Shown piece after piece: positions 26,898-36,107 of a DNA stretch of 64,000 bases. Source of the stretch: Armatimonadota bacterium. Its GTDB lineage: Bacteria; Armatimonadota; Zipacnadia; Zipacnadales; VGFC01. The position numbers and the translations under genes were made by a program. The notes under the pieces were generated by a model. The model made no database searches and had not been told where the DNA came from. It saw only the letters and a program-made list of their open reading frames with translations. Location: assembly GCA_016869045.1 (NCBI GenBank), contig VGFC01000001.1, positions 34,518-98,517 on the forward strand. Direction: 5' to 3'. Position 1 is the first letter of the stretch. The number at the start of each line of letters is the position of its first letter.

Positions 26898-27581
26898 ATG
26901 GCGCAGCAACGTATCGCAGCACTCAACGACCGCGACCTCGTCCTGTGCGACTTCGACGGCACCGTCAGCGCGGAGGACACGGGCCTGCTCGTAGCCCGGG
27001 AGCTTCGGCTGGAGCGGTTCTTCGAGATCGAGGAGCGTTGGCGGCGGGGGGAGATCTCGTCGCGGGAGTGCCTCCGCGACCAGTGGCGGACCGTCGATCC
27101 GTCGCGGGCGGACTTCCGCGAGTTGATCGCGAACCTGGAAGTGAACCCGGGCTTCGAGGAACTCGTGGCGCTGACGGGGGTTCGGGGCGCGAGGCTGGTG
27201 ATCCTGAGCGATGGGCTGGACTACTACATCCGGATGACGTTGGAGCGGCTGGGGCTGGAACGTCTCGAGTACCGCGCGAACCATGCCGTGCTGCACGAGC
27301 ACCATGTCGAGCTGCAGTTCCCCTGCCCTGCGGACGCGTGCGACTTCTGCGGCAACTGCAAGACGCTGTGGCTGTTCGAGCTGAGGCCGGGGTTCGAGCG
27401 GCTGATCTACCTGGGAGACGGGATCTCGGACGGCTGCGCCTCGAGGTACTGCGATGTCGTGTTCGCGAAGGACCTGTTGGCGGGAATCTGCCGCGAGCGG
27501 GGTCAGGAGTTCGTGCCGTTCGAGACGCTCGAGGACGTCGTGCCGGTACTGCGGGACGGGAGTGTGCTTCGGGCGCGATGA
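26898..27581 (+). CDS. HAD-IB family phosphatase (MtnX-like)
   Basis: LVLCDFDGTVS (DxDGT) and LGDGISD motifs, plus CxxC pair CDFCGNC. The stop codon TGA lies inside a REP unit at 27571-27594. An alternative ATG exists at 26862. Confidence 0.6.
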   Translation: MAQQRIAALNDRDLVLCDFDGTVSAEDTGLLVARELRLERFFEIEERWRRGEISSRECLRDQWRTVDPSRADFRELIANLEVNPGFEELVALTGVRGARLVILSDGLDYYIRMTLERLGLERLEYRANHAVLHEHHVELQFPCPADACDFCGNCKTLWLFELRPGFERLIYLGDGISDGCASRYCDVVFAKDLLAGICRERGQEFVPFETLEDVVPVLRDGSVLRAR

Positions 27582-27624
27582 ATCGCGCCCCTACATGACC
27601 GGGCGCCATGAATGGCGCCCCTAC
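27571..27624 (-). repeat. REP-like doublet overlapping the 3' end of the HAD gene
   Basis: gggcgcgatgaatcgcgcccctac at 27571-27594 and gggcgccatgaatggcgcccctac at 27601-27624. The first unit encodes the last codons and the stop of the HAD CDS. Confidence 0.9.
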
Positions 27625-27690
27625 TCCAGAGGCCACCGCCGCACGGCGGTACGGCGAGGCGGATACGACAGCCGATGGGAGGGACGGAGG

Positions 27691-28704
27691 ATGAGGCGTC
27701 TGAAGGTGGGTATCATCGGCGCGGGTGTGATGGGAAGGCACTACGCGAAGGCCTTGCGCGAGTATGAGCGCGCGCAGTTGGTGGCGGTGTGCGACCTGAA
27801 CCACCAGGCGGCGCGGACGCTGGCGGGCGAGGAGGCAGAGGGCTTCGCGTCTGTGGGTGAGATGCTGGGCAGCGCGGAGATCGACGCGGCGGTGGTTGCC
27901 ACGCCGGACTTTGCGCACCGGGAGCCGGTCACGGCCTGCCTGCAGGCGGGGAAGGCGATCCTGTGCGAGAAGCCGCTGGCGACCACGGAGGAGGACATCG
28001 CGGCGATCGTGGAGGCGGTGGAGGGCGCCGGTTGCCCGTTCATGGTGAACTTCGGTAACCGCCACCGGCCGTCGGCCCTCAAGCTGCGCGAGGCGGTGCA
28101 AGAGGGGCGCGTGGGGACTCCGCAGTATGTGTACGTGCGGCTGAACGAGCGGTTGGGCAAGACGTTGACGATCCCGTGGCTGGCGCGGACCTCGCCGGTG
28201 TGGTTCCTGATGTCGCACTGCGCCGATCTCGTCTGCTGGTTGCTGGGGGACGAGTTCGCGGAGGTCACGGCGAGGGCGGCCTACGGCGCCGTCGCTCAAC
28301 ACGCCCCGGGCGTGCCGGACCTGTGCGTGTGCCTGGCGCCGATGAGGTCGGGCTGTCGCGCGGTGCTGGAGACGGCGTGGAACTTGCCGGAGGGCTTTGC
28401 ACCGAATATCGACTTCTTCGCGCAGGTCATCGGCGATGCGGGCGTGGTCCAGGCGGACCTCGTGCCGCATGACCTGAACGTCTACGACTCGCGCGCGGCC
28501 AGTGTGGATCACACCTTCGATGTGACGGGGCCGCGCGGCTATGGCGCGGGTTGGTGGCAGGAGAGCGTGCGGTACTTTGTCGATGCGGTTCTCGACGGCA
28601 AGCCGCTCCGGCCGACCGTGCACGAGGCGGCGCACATCAGCCGGACGTTGCTGGCGGTTGAGCGAGCGATCGCGTCGGGCCAGAGCGAGAACCCTGGGGT
28701 GTGA
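27691..28704 (+). CDS. Gfo/Idh/MocA family oxidoreductase
   Basis: ATG with GGGACGGAGG upstream. KVGIIGAGVMGRHYAKAL Rossmann motif and EKPLATTEEDIAAIV. Confidence 0.75.
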   Translation: MRRLKVGIIGAGVMGRHYAKALREYERAQLVAVCDLNHQAARTLAGEEAEGFASVGEMLGSAEIDAAVVATPDFAHREPVTACLQAGKAILCEKPLATTEEDIAAIVEAVEGAGCPFMVNFGNRHRPSALKLREAVQEGRVGTPQYVYVRLNERLGKTLTIPWLARTSPVWFLMSHCADLVCWLLGDEFAEVTARAAYGAVAQHAPGVPDLCVCLAPMRSGCRAVLETAWNLPEGFAPNIDFFAQVIGDAGVVQADLVPHDLNVYDSRAASVDHTFDVTGPRGYGAGWWQESVRYFVDAVLDGKPLRPTVHEAAHISRTLLAVERAIASGQSENPGV

Positions 28705-28710
28705 CATCGC

Positions 28711-31587
28711 ATGTCTCACCAGAGCATCCCCCGCCCTGAGCATCCCCGACCCGACTGGCAGCGCGGGAGCCGGGAGGGGCGCGATTGGATCAACCTCAAC
28801 GGGGTCTGGGAGTTCGACTTCGACCCGGAGGGCGTCGGCTGGGCTGAGGGCTGGCACGTGCCGCCGGGGAGACAGGTCCCCGGTGGGGTGTTCATGCTGC
28901 CCGGCGGGTTCGACCCAGCGGGCGTCGGCCGGAGCGAGGGGTGGGATGGGGGCCATGTCTACAGCAAGCGGATTGTCGTGCCCTTCGGGTGGGAGAGCCA
29001 CCTGGCGTGGGGCGGCGGAGAGCGGGCGAGCAATGAGGACTACTTCAGCCCGCAGGCCTTCATCGAGCCGGAGAAGGTGAGCCTGGAGAACTACCGCGAG
29101 GCCAGGCGGCATGAGACGGGGTGGTACCATCGGACCTTCGAGGTTCCGGCGCACTGGCAGAACGAGCGCGTCTACCTGTGCTGCGGGGCCATCGACTACT
29201 TCGCGCAGGTGTGGGTGAACGGGGCGCTGGTCGTGGCCGCGCTCAGCGGATACATGCCCTTCGAGGCGGACATCACCGAGCACGTGCAGTTCGGTGAAGA
29301 GAACCACGTGGTCATCCGCGCCCATGACCCGAACGACCACGAGCAGCAGCCGGTCGGGAAGCAGTCCCGCTGGTATGCACGGACCTCGGGCATCTGGCAG
29401 ACCGTGTGGCTGGAGCCCCGGAGCGCGGTGCACCTCGCGAGCGCGCGCTTTGACGCGGATATCGAGACCGGCGAGGTGACCTGTTCGATCCGGCTCAACC
29501 GCCCCCCCGAGGGCGACCTGGGCTTGCGGCTCGCGCTCTCGATGCCGCAGGGCGGCACGGCATACAACACGTGGGGGGCGAAGGCGGTCGCGGGCGCCAT
29601 GAATGGCGCCCCTACACAGTCGGGCGCGATGAATCGCGCCCCTACAGACGGCAGCGGGGCGGAGGCGATGGAGGCCGGCGAGGGCCCGCACACGACGCGC
29701 CTCATCGTCCACGAGCCTCGGCTCTGGTCGCCCGATGATCCGTACCTCTACCAGGTGGACCTGGAGCTGCTGGACGGCTCTGCGACGGTCGATCTGGTGA
29801 GCACCTACTTCGCCTTCCGCGAGGTCGCGATCAAGCCGCTGCCGGGCAAGACCACGCAGTACATCTACCTCAACGGCCGCCCAGTCTACCTCCTCGGCGC
29901 GCTGGACCAGTCGTTCAACCCGTGGGGTGTCTACACGTTCCCGTCGGATGAGGCGATCCGGCGGGACATCGAGCTCGCGCGGGAGGCGGGGTTCAACTTC
30001 CTGCGGATTCACATCAAGGCCGAGGACCCGCGCTTTCTGTACTGGGCGGACCGGCTGGGGATGCTGCTAATGGCAGACCTGCCGAACGTCGGCTACGAGG
30101 CCGCCGACTCAGCGCTGGCGCGGTCGCGCTGGGTGACCAACATGGTCCTGCAGATCAGGAGAGATCGACACCATCCCTCGATCGTCGCCTGGTGCCTGTT
30201 CAACGAGACCTGGGGCCTGGGCGGCAATGCCTACAAGGAGTTACCCGAGCGCCAGGAGTGGGTGCGCTCGAAGGTCGAGATAGCTCGCGATCTCGACCCC
30301 ACGCGGCCCATCGAGGACAACTCGGCCTGCCTGTATGACCACGTGGAGACGGACATCAACTCCTGGCACTTCTACCTCAACGACTACGCAGCGGCGAAGG
30401 CGCACATCGCGGAGGTGGTCGAGAAGACGTACCCGGGCTCGGGCTTCAACTACTGTCCGGGCTTCACGCAGAACCGCGAGCCGCTGCTGAACAGCGAGTA
30501 CGGCGGCATCTCGGCGCGAATGGGCGACCTGGATGTGTCCTGGTGCTTCCACTTCCTGACGAACGAGCTGCGGCTGCATGAGAAGATCTGCGGGTACGTC
30601 TACACCGAGCTGCAGGACATCGAGTGGGAGCGCAACGGGGTCTACAACTACGACCGCACGCCGAAGGAGTTCGGGTACGACATCCGAGAGCTGAACCGGC
30701 CCGACTTTCTCGCACTCGACGCGCCGCCGTGTCAGGTCGTGAGGCCCGGCGAGGAGGTCGTCGTCCCCGCCGTCTCCTCGCACTTCGGCCCCTTCGTCGG
30801 CGACCACGCGACGCTGGGCTGGAAGCTGGAACTGCTGGACCACACGGGCCGAATCGAGGAGTTCACCGGCTCGACGCGGCGGGTCCCGTTCCCGCGCTTC
30901 GCGGTGACGCCTGCGGGCAAGCTCGCCGTGCGGATGCCGGACTGCCCTGGGCTGGCGACGCTGCACGCGTGGCTGCAGACCGCAGACGGCGATCCCATCG
31001 CACGGAACTGGGTGCACTTCCACGTCGCGGACGAGGGCGTACATCCCGAAGGCATCGCACCGGTCTCGCTCGCGAGCTTCACGGGTGAGGGGATGCAGTG
31101 CTTCGAGGTCGAGGGGGTTCGGGAGGCGGTGTGGGTCGAAGGCGCGGGAGTGCTGTCTGCGAAATTGGGGACAGGCACCATTTTCCGAGACAACGCCCCT
31201 CGGAAAATGGTGCCTGTCCCCAGTTTCGCCCTCGTAGCGGAGCTCTCCTCGTGTCGGCCGGGCGGAGGAGGGAAGCAGACGGACGCGGAGACATGGCCGT
31301 CGCGAGTGCGCGTCTCGCTTGCGGGCGTCGAGCTGGGCTTGGTCGATCTGCCTGACCATCCGGCCGACAGCCGGGGCGTGCTGAGTCACCACTACGGGTT
31401 CGCGGGACGATACGGGGAGCTGGTTACGCTGCGCGTTCCGGCCGAGCGGGTCGGCGAAGCGCTCGACGCCCTGCGCGGCGGCGCGGAGCTGCGCTTCGAG
31501 GTGGACACGGACCTTCCGGGCGGGCTGAGCGTCTATGGTAGCAGGTCGGGCCGTTACCCAACAGGCCCGTACCTCCTGTTCCGTTGA
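28711..31587 (+). CDS. glycoside hydrolase family 2-like protein with two in-frame palindromic insertions
   Basis: GH2 sugar-binding-domain-like block WYHRTFEVPAHWQNERVYLCCGAIDYFAQVWVNG and TIM-barrel region. A REP doublet at 29592-29645 encodes AGAMNGAPTQSGAMNRAPT. A 71-bp palindrome at 31159-31229 encodes SAKLGTGTIFRDNAPRKMVPVPSFA. Confidence 0.6.
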   Translation: MSHQSIPRPEHPRPDWQRGSREGRDWINLNGVWEFDFDPEGVGWAEGWHVPPGRQVPGGVFMLPGGFDPAGVGRSEGWDGGHVYSKRIVVPFGWESHLAWGGGERASNEDYFSPQAFIEPEKVSLENYREARRHETGWYHRTFEVPAHWQNERVYLCCGAIDYFAQVWVNGALVVAALSGYMPFEADITEHVQFGEENHVVIRAHDPNDHEQQPVGKQSRWYARTSGIWQTVWLEPRSAVHLASARFDADIETGEVTCSIRLNRPPEGDLGLRLALSMPQGGTAYNTWGAKAVAGAMNGAPTQSGAMNRAPTDGSGAEAMEAGEGPHTTRLIVHEPRLWSPDDPYLYQVDLELLDGSATVDLVSTYFAFREVAIKPLPGKTTQYIYLNGRPVYLLGALDQSFNPWGVYTFPSDEAIRRDIELAREAGFNFLRIHIKAEDPRFLYWADRLGMLLMADLPNVGYEAADSALARSRWVTNMVLQIRRDRHHPSIVAWCLFNETWGLGGNAYKELPERQEWVRSKVEIARDLDPTRPIEDNSACLYDHVETDINSWHFYLNDYAAAKAHIAEVVEKTYPGSGFNYCPGFTQNREPLLNSEYGGISARMGDLDVSWCFHFLTNELRLHEKICGYVYTELQDIEWERNGVYNYDRTPKEFGYDIRELNRPDFLALDAPPCQVVRPGEEVVVPAVSSHFGPFVGDHATLGWKLELLDHTGRIEEFTGSTRRVPFPRFAVTPAGKLAVRMPDCPGLATLHAWLQTADGDPIARNWVHFHVADEGVHPEGIAPVSLASFTGEGMQCFEVEGVREAVWVEGAGVLSAKLGTGTIFRDNAPRKMVPVPSFALVAELSSCRPGGGGKQTDAETWPSRVRVSLAGVELGLVDLPDHPADSRGVLSHHYGFAGRYGELVTLRVPAERVGEALDALRGGAELRFEVDTDLPGGLSVYGSRSGRYPTGPYLLFR
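29592..29645 (-). repeat. REP-like doublet inside the GH2 coding sequence (in-frame)
   Basis: Units at 29592-29615 and 29622-29645. The reading frame is maintained across the insertion. Confidence 0.9.
31159..31229. repeat. 71-bp near-perfect palindrome (31-bp arms) inside the GH2 CDS
   Basis: gcgaaattggggacaggcaccattttccgag / ctcggaaaatggtgcctgtccccagtttcgc with an 11-nt loop. One arm mismatch. Confidence 0.85.
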
Positions 31588-31604
31588 CCCCCCGGAGGTG
31601 CGCC

Positions 31605-33794
31605 ATGCACGTCGTGGCTGTCCTCTCAGTCGCGTTCCCGCTGCTTGGCCACGCTCAGGAGAGCGACGTGCGGGGGCGGCTCGGCCGGCTCACGAAGGCC
31701 GTCGAGCGGATCGAGTCCAGTGCCGCCGACCGCGATTCGGACGTGTACCGCTCGAACATCCCGCTCGCGCGCTTCAAGTTGCGGAAGGCCCTCGCGCAGT
31801 GGCGCGCGCCGTTCGAGGGGGAGGTCGAGGCCCGAGACACCCTCGACGAGGCTGCGGAGGCCCTGGACCGCCACGACGCCGGCAAGGTGGCGTTTGAGGG
31901 CGAGACGGGCCATCTCGAACGCGCCTACTTCGCTCAGAACGACGATACGGCGCAACCGTACTTCGTCTACGTCCCCGAGGACTATCAGCCGAAGCAGCGT
32001 TGGCCGTTGATCGTCTTCCTCCACGGCTACGTGCCTTACACCAGCATCATCGACCCGTGGGTGCTGTACGAGGAGCACGAGCGGATCGCGGCGGACGCGG
32101 GGGCCCTGCTCTTGACGCCGTACGGGCGCCGGAACACGGACTTCCAGGGCGTGGGCGAGGTCGATGTCCTGGCCGCCATCGAGGAGACGAAGCGGTTCTA
32201 CTCGGTCGATCCGGACCGAATCTACCTGTGCGGGCCGTCGATGGGCGGCTACGGGACGTGGACCATCGCGCTGCGCTACCCCGGCATGTTCGCGGCGTGC
32301 GCGCCGATGTGCGGGCAGACGGACATGTTCGTGTGGTGGCCGTGGCCGCACCTCACCGCGCCGAAGTGCAAGCAGTTCCTCGGCGAGTGGGATAACCCCA
32401 TCGACCTCGCGCCCAATGCCGTCGGGCAGCGCTGCTTCCTGCAACACGGGGAGTTCGACCGCCTGATCCCCATCGAGCAGTCGCATATGATGCGCTGGGA
32501 GATGGACCGGCTGGGGACGCCGATCGAGTACTACGAGCACAAGGACGCGGACCACTTCATCTACCAGCACGAGCTGTGCTTCCAGAAGGCCTTCCCGTGG
32601 CTCGTTCAGCACAAGCTCGATCGCTGGCCGAAGCACGTGCGCCTGAAGAGCTACACGTACCGCTACGACACCGCGTTCTGGCTCCGGATTCTCGAGTACC
32701 AGCGGTGGAGCCAACCGGGCCAGATCGAGGCGACCGTCGAGGGCAACCGGATCAGTCTGACGAGCCAGAACGTGGCGCAGGTGCGGCTGTCGCTCTCGAA
32801 GGAGCTGCTGGACGTCGGCCAGCCGGTCACGGTCGTGTGCGGCGGCAAGGAGGTGTTCAGCGGGGTGCCCAAGGGCGAGGCGATTACGGTGAAGCTCGCC
32901 GAGCCGCTCACCCCGGAGAAGCCGGGCGCGATCCGCAAGCGGAAGGGCCTGTGCGGGCCGCTGGAGGATGTGCTCAACGGGCCGTTCGTCGTCGTGCCGG
33001 GCACCGCGGGCTCACAGGACCAGACGCAGGAACTGACGGACCGCGCGACCAAGTGGTGCGCGGAGTGGGACGCCTTCGCGGACGGCATCCCGCCTGTCAT
33101 GCTCGACACTGACGTCGATGAGAAGACCATCGCCGAGCGCAACCTCGTGCTGTTCGGCACGCCGGAGACGAACCAGGTCATCGCGGACATCGCCGACCGG
33201 CTGCCTGTGAAGATCGCGGAGGATGGCTACACTCTCGGCGGTCACACCTACACCGGCCCCGACCTCGGGCTGGCCCTCTGCTACCCGAATCCGAAGAACC
33301 CTGAGCGTTACGTTCTCATCTACGCCGGCGAAGACCCGGGCACCAACCTGGGGATCAACCACAAGCACGACCTGCTGCCCGACTACTTCATCTTCCGCGC
33401 GGGCGAGAAGAACGGCTACGACGACACTTACCCCCACCTGTGTGCCGGCTTCTTCGATCTCAACTGGGAGTTCGACCCGACGCTGATGGACGCCGAAGCC
33501 GCCCCTGCCGACCCCTACTTCGGCTCGGCGACCCTGGTCCGCGATGCCACGCTCACCCAGCCCGTGGCGAAGGTCACCAACGGCTACGCCGACCCGCTCC
33601 GCGTGACCATCGATCGCGGCGAGGAGGCAGTCATCCAGCCGGGCGAGTCCATCGAGCGGAGCCTCGAACCGGGACGGCACCTGTTCACGGGCGTCTGCCC
33701 GGACGGTGTCACACGCACCGAACAGCGGCTGATGGTACCGGAGTTCCGATACGAGTGGAGGGTCCCGGCGCTGTTCCCGGCGGGGTGGCCGTAA
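31605..33794 (+). CDS. secreted alpha/beta-hydrolase (S9 prolyl-oligopeptidase/esterase-like)
   Basis: ATG with GGAGGTG upstream. Signal peptide MHVVAVLSVAFPLLGHAQ. Nucleophile elbow LCGPSMGGYG (GxSxG). Confidence 0.6.
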   Translation: MHVVAVLSVAFPLLGHAQESDVRGRLGRLTKAVERIESSAADRDSDVYRSNIPLARFKLRKALAQWRAPFEGEVEARDTLDEAAEALDRHDAGKVAFEGETGHLERAYFAQNDDTAQPYFVYVPEDYQPKQRWPLIVFLHGYVPYTSIIDPWVLYEEHERIAADAGALLLTPYGRRNTDFQGVGEVDVLAAIEETKRFYSVDPDRIYLCGPSMGGYGTWTIALRYPGMFAACAPMCGQTDMFVWWPWPHLTAPKCKQFLGEWDNPIDLAPNAVGQRCFLQHGEFDRLIPIEQSHMMRWEMDRLGTPIEYYEHKDADHFIYQHELCFQKAFPWLVQHKLDRWPKHVRLKSYTYRYDTAFWLRILEYQRWSQPGQIEATVEGNRISLTSQNVAQVRLSLSKELLDVGQPVTVVCGGKEVFSGVPKGEAITVKLAEPLTPEKPGAIRKRKGLCGPLEDVLNGPFVVVPGTAGSQDQTQELTDRATKWCAEWDAFADGIPPVMLDTDVDEKTIAERNLVLFGTPETNQVIADIADRLPVKIAEDGYTLGGHTYTGPDLGLALCYPNPKNPERYVLIYAGEDPGTNLGINHKHDLLPDYFIFRAGEKNGYDDTYPHLCAGFFDLNWEFDPTLMDAEAAPADPYFGSATLVRDATLTQPVAKVTNGYADPLRVTIDRGEEAVIQPGESIERSLEPGRHLFTGVCPDGVTRTEQRLMVPEFRYEWRVPALFPAGWP

Positions 33795-33855
33795 GGCAAC
33801 GAAAACGGGAAGAGATTCGAGGACCAGAAGAACGACGAAGACGGCAACGGCCCCT
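33793..33855 (+). repeat. solo copy of the aaggcaacgaaa-gggaaga-attcgaag...gaagacgg repeat family (left boundary of lower-GC island)
   Basis: aaggcaacgaaaacgggaagagattcgaggaccagaagaacgacgaagacggcaacgg is ~80% identical to the repeat at 56271-56345 that flanks GxxExxY gene #2. Confidence 0.65.
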
Positions 33856-34066
33856 GAATCTGTGTAAGCCTCTCGTTTGTAGCAGGCGTATTCCCCAGTG
33901 ACTGCAGACACCATCGAGTTCGGTCGTGATGGCATCGTGAGCGATGACCGCGTTGGCCCCGTTCACCGCGAGACGGTGCACCTCGTGGACAGGGAATCCA
34001 CACCGGATGTACTTGCCGGGATCAGGCACAGGACGCCCTTCCGGGCCGCAGTGCCCAACGACGCCC

Positions 34067-35004
34067 TCAGCACTCGCGGTAGATGCTGATCAGGTTCATG
34101 GACATGCAGGGGTACTTGACCCCACTCGTCATTCGACGGATCGCGTCTATGGCGAACACAAGCTGCTCCAACCGGTCCTCCATCTCGTTGCCCGTGGTGA
34201 AGGCGGCGAACCCCTCCTCGCTGGGCTCCGGCCGGGCGACGTTCACCTGACCGACCACAGTCCAGGCGCCGCCCAGATCAAGGCCGTGGCTCTGCTGAAC
34301 CGCCCAGAGGCCGTCCTGGAAGTTCGCTCTGAGAGCCACGCCCGCGAACGTGTTCTGCGGGGTGTCCGGGGACGGCCGAACCTTGACCCGCACGGTGTCA
34401 CTGAAGCTCCGCTCGATGAACTGGGCCATCGCATCGACCTGCTTCGGTCCGAACCCACCCAGGTCGAGCTTCGCGTGTTGCTGCTGTTTGCCTTTGCCAC
34501 CTTCGCTCGGGCCTTGGCTTGCGGCCTTGACGAGTTGGTTGATCACGTCGATGAACTTCGGCAGTTCCCGCGCGGTATCCACGATGAGCTTGTAGTCGAT
34601 GATCCGAACGTCCCCACACACCCGCACCACCTCACCGTCTCTGAGCACGGTCGGCGACCACGCCTTGTCGGCAACGCGGCGTCCACAAACCGTAGCCGGT
34701 CCGACTCGGCCAGGTGCTTCTCGAACAGCGTGTAGGCGTGGTGATGCAGGCTCCTCGTCTCGTCCTGGCTCCTGAAGTACCGGTAGTCTGCCCCCGCCTT
34801 CCCCTTGAGGAGAAACGGCAGGGAGCCCTCTATGCCGCCCTCGACCGACACATCAGCTCCGCTTCCCTTGTGAAGCGTTTCTGGCACTCCCTCCAGGAGC
34901 TGGGCTATGAATGAGCGGACCCGCTCCATGTCCAGGTAGAGGAAGTCCCGAAGCAGCTTCGGTTTGTCGGTCATCGTTGCGTCACCACCTAAGGAGCCAA
35001 GCAC
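34067..35004 (-). pseudogene. unrecognised protein, apparently frameshifted (track ORFs 34543..35004 and 34067..34648), downstream partner of the TIR-like gene
   Basis: N-terminal frame MTDKPKLLRDFLYLDMERVRSFIAQLLEG... runs into an Arg/Ser/Cys-rich junk tail. Protein-like sequence resumes in the +1 frame at VLRDGEVVRVCGDVRIIDYKLIVD... Lower GC (~55%). Confidence 0.45.
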
Positions 35005-35115
35005 TCCATCAGCGACGCGCCGCGGTGCCTAGACAGCCTCGTCATTGGCCGGGCCCGTCAGGCCCAACCCAGTGGAGAGGGAGGTCAAACCCGACGTGCC
35101 TGCCGGGACGAGTAC

Positions 35116-35967
35116 TCACGTCAGGTTGTGTCCATACGCAGCCTTGATCTCCGCCTCGATCTCCAGGTACCTGTCCCGCACGGAGGTCCCGAACTCATGC
35201 CACCCGATGCCCAGTAGGTCAGTGGGTACAGCCGTCCCCCTCCTATAGAGCACGCAGGTGCGGCTTCGTCCGAGTTTGCCATAGAACCAACCGACCTCGA
35301 ACAGCACGTTGGGCCGCATCTGCCTGTAACTGGCGTCCGCCGTCTCCACGCTATCGTCTGGCGTCCAGATCGCGAAGGCGTACCCGCATCCGCCACCGAC
35401 CTGCTCGAGCTTCTCGATCAAGGTCCTCCCCTGATGTGCTTCCCGATCCAGGAGCACAGGCGTCAGCGAACCGAAGCGCTCGCCGATCAGCTCCTTCAGC
35501 TCCAGAGCTGCCGTTCGGTCGTGACCATGGACGATGAAGACCCCCGTCGAGGGAGCCGTGGTTGCTGCGCTGGCGGTTGGCACGCTCTGGGCCACCTCTG
35601 GGACGAGGTCCAGTCTGCTCCTGATGGACTCCAGTTCCCGGATGTTCTCGCGAAGCCCACGCACCAGTAGGGCAGCCTCGGCCGCCACGGACGGGATCCC
35701 GCTGACAGCGACCCCCCCGAAGCCGACTCCCGCGTAAACCCGGTACACTTCGTCGGTCGTGTATAGCTCTCGGAGTAGGTCGTAGTTGTACTCATTCCAT
35801 GTCCGGCGTTCGGCCTCCACAGCATCCAAGTCCGCATTGCTGCGTATAGCTTCTGCCCGGCTCGCGATCTCCTGCCCGCACTCGATCCGGGCCGTCAGCT
35901 TCTGCTGCGCATCTTCCCGGCTGCACGTCAGCCGTGGTCTCTCCGGCGGCGTCTTGGGCTTCGGCAT
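35116..35967 (-). CDS. protein with C-terminal TIR-like nucleotide-binding domain (COG4271/PF10137-type) and unrecognised ~145-aa N-terminal domain
   Basis: C-terminus VFIVHGHDRTAALELKELIGERFG...GRTLIEKLEQ...YAFAIWTPDD...RQMRPNVLFEVGWFYGKLGRSRTCVLYRRGTAVPTDLLGIGWHEF matches the family consensus VFIVHGHD...RaRQNVifElGyFiGkLGReRV...PSDl.G. GGAGG RBS upstream. Confidence 0.65.
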   Translation of the reverse strand: MPKPKTPPERPRLTCSREDAQQKLTARIECGQEIASRAEAIRSNADLDAVEAERRTWNEYNYDLLRELYTTDEVYRVYAGVGFGGVAVSGIPSVAAEAALLVRGLRENIRELESIRSRLDLVPEVAQSVPTASAATTAPSTGVFIVHGHDRTAALELKELIGERFGSLTPVLLDREAHQGRTLIEKLEQVGGGCGYAFAIWTPDDSVETADASYRQMRPNVLFEVGWFYGKLGRSRTCVLYRRGTAVPTDLLGIGWHEFGTSVRDRYLEIEAEIKAAYGHNLT

Positions 35968-36107
35968 GTGTTCCTACACCTCCCCCCTGGCGTAGCCATC
36001 AACCAGGGCCGGATGCACTCCATAGGACCGACTCCCCCCTGCCGGAGCGGCGTCGTCGCTCCCTTGGCCGGCGACCCCCCACGCGAACCGCCGCGACGCA
36101 GCGCGGT

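Noticed and set aside
33709-34029. Minus-strand ORF whose first ~55 codons (MPDPGKYIRCGFPVHEVHRLAVNGANAVIAHDAI...) look protein-like
   Set aside because: Runs without a stop into and across the 3' end of the alpha/beta-hydrolase gene with junk translation. At most a gene remnant at the island edge, with no family recognised.
33944-34735. Plus-strand ORF (263 aa) across the island
   Set aside because: Composition-biased (R/P/G/H-rich) and antisense to the protein-like minus-strand gene 2.
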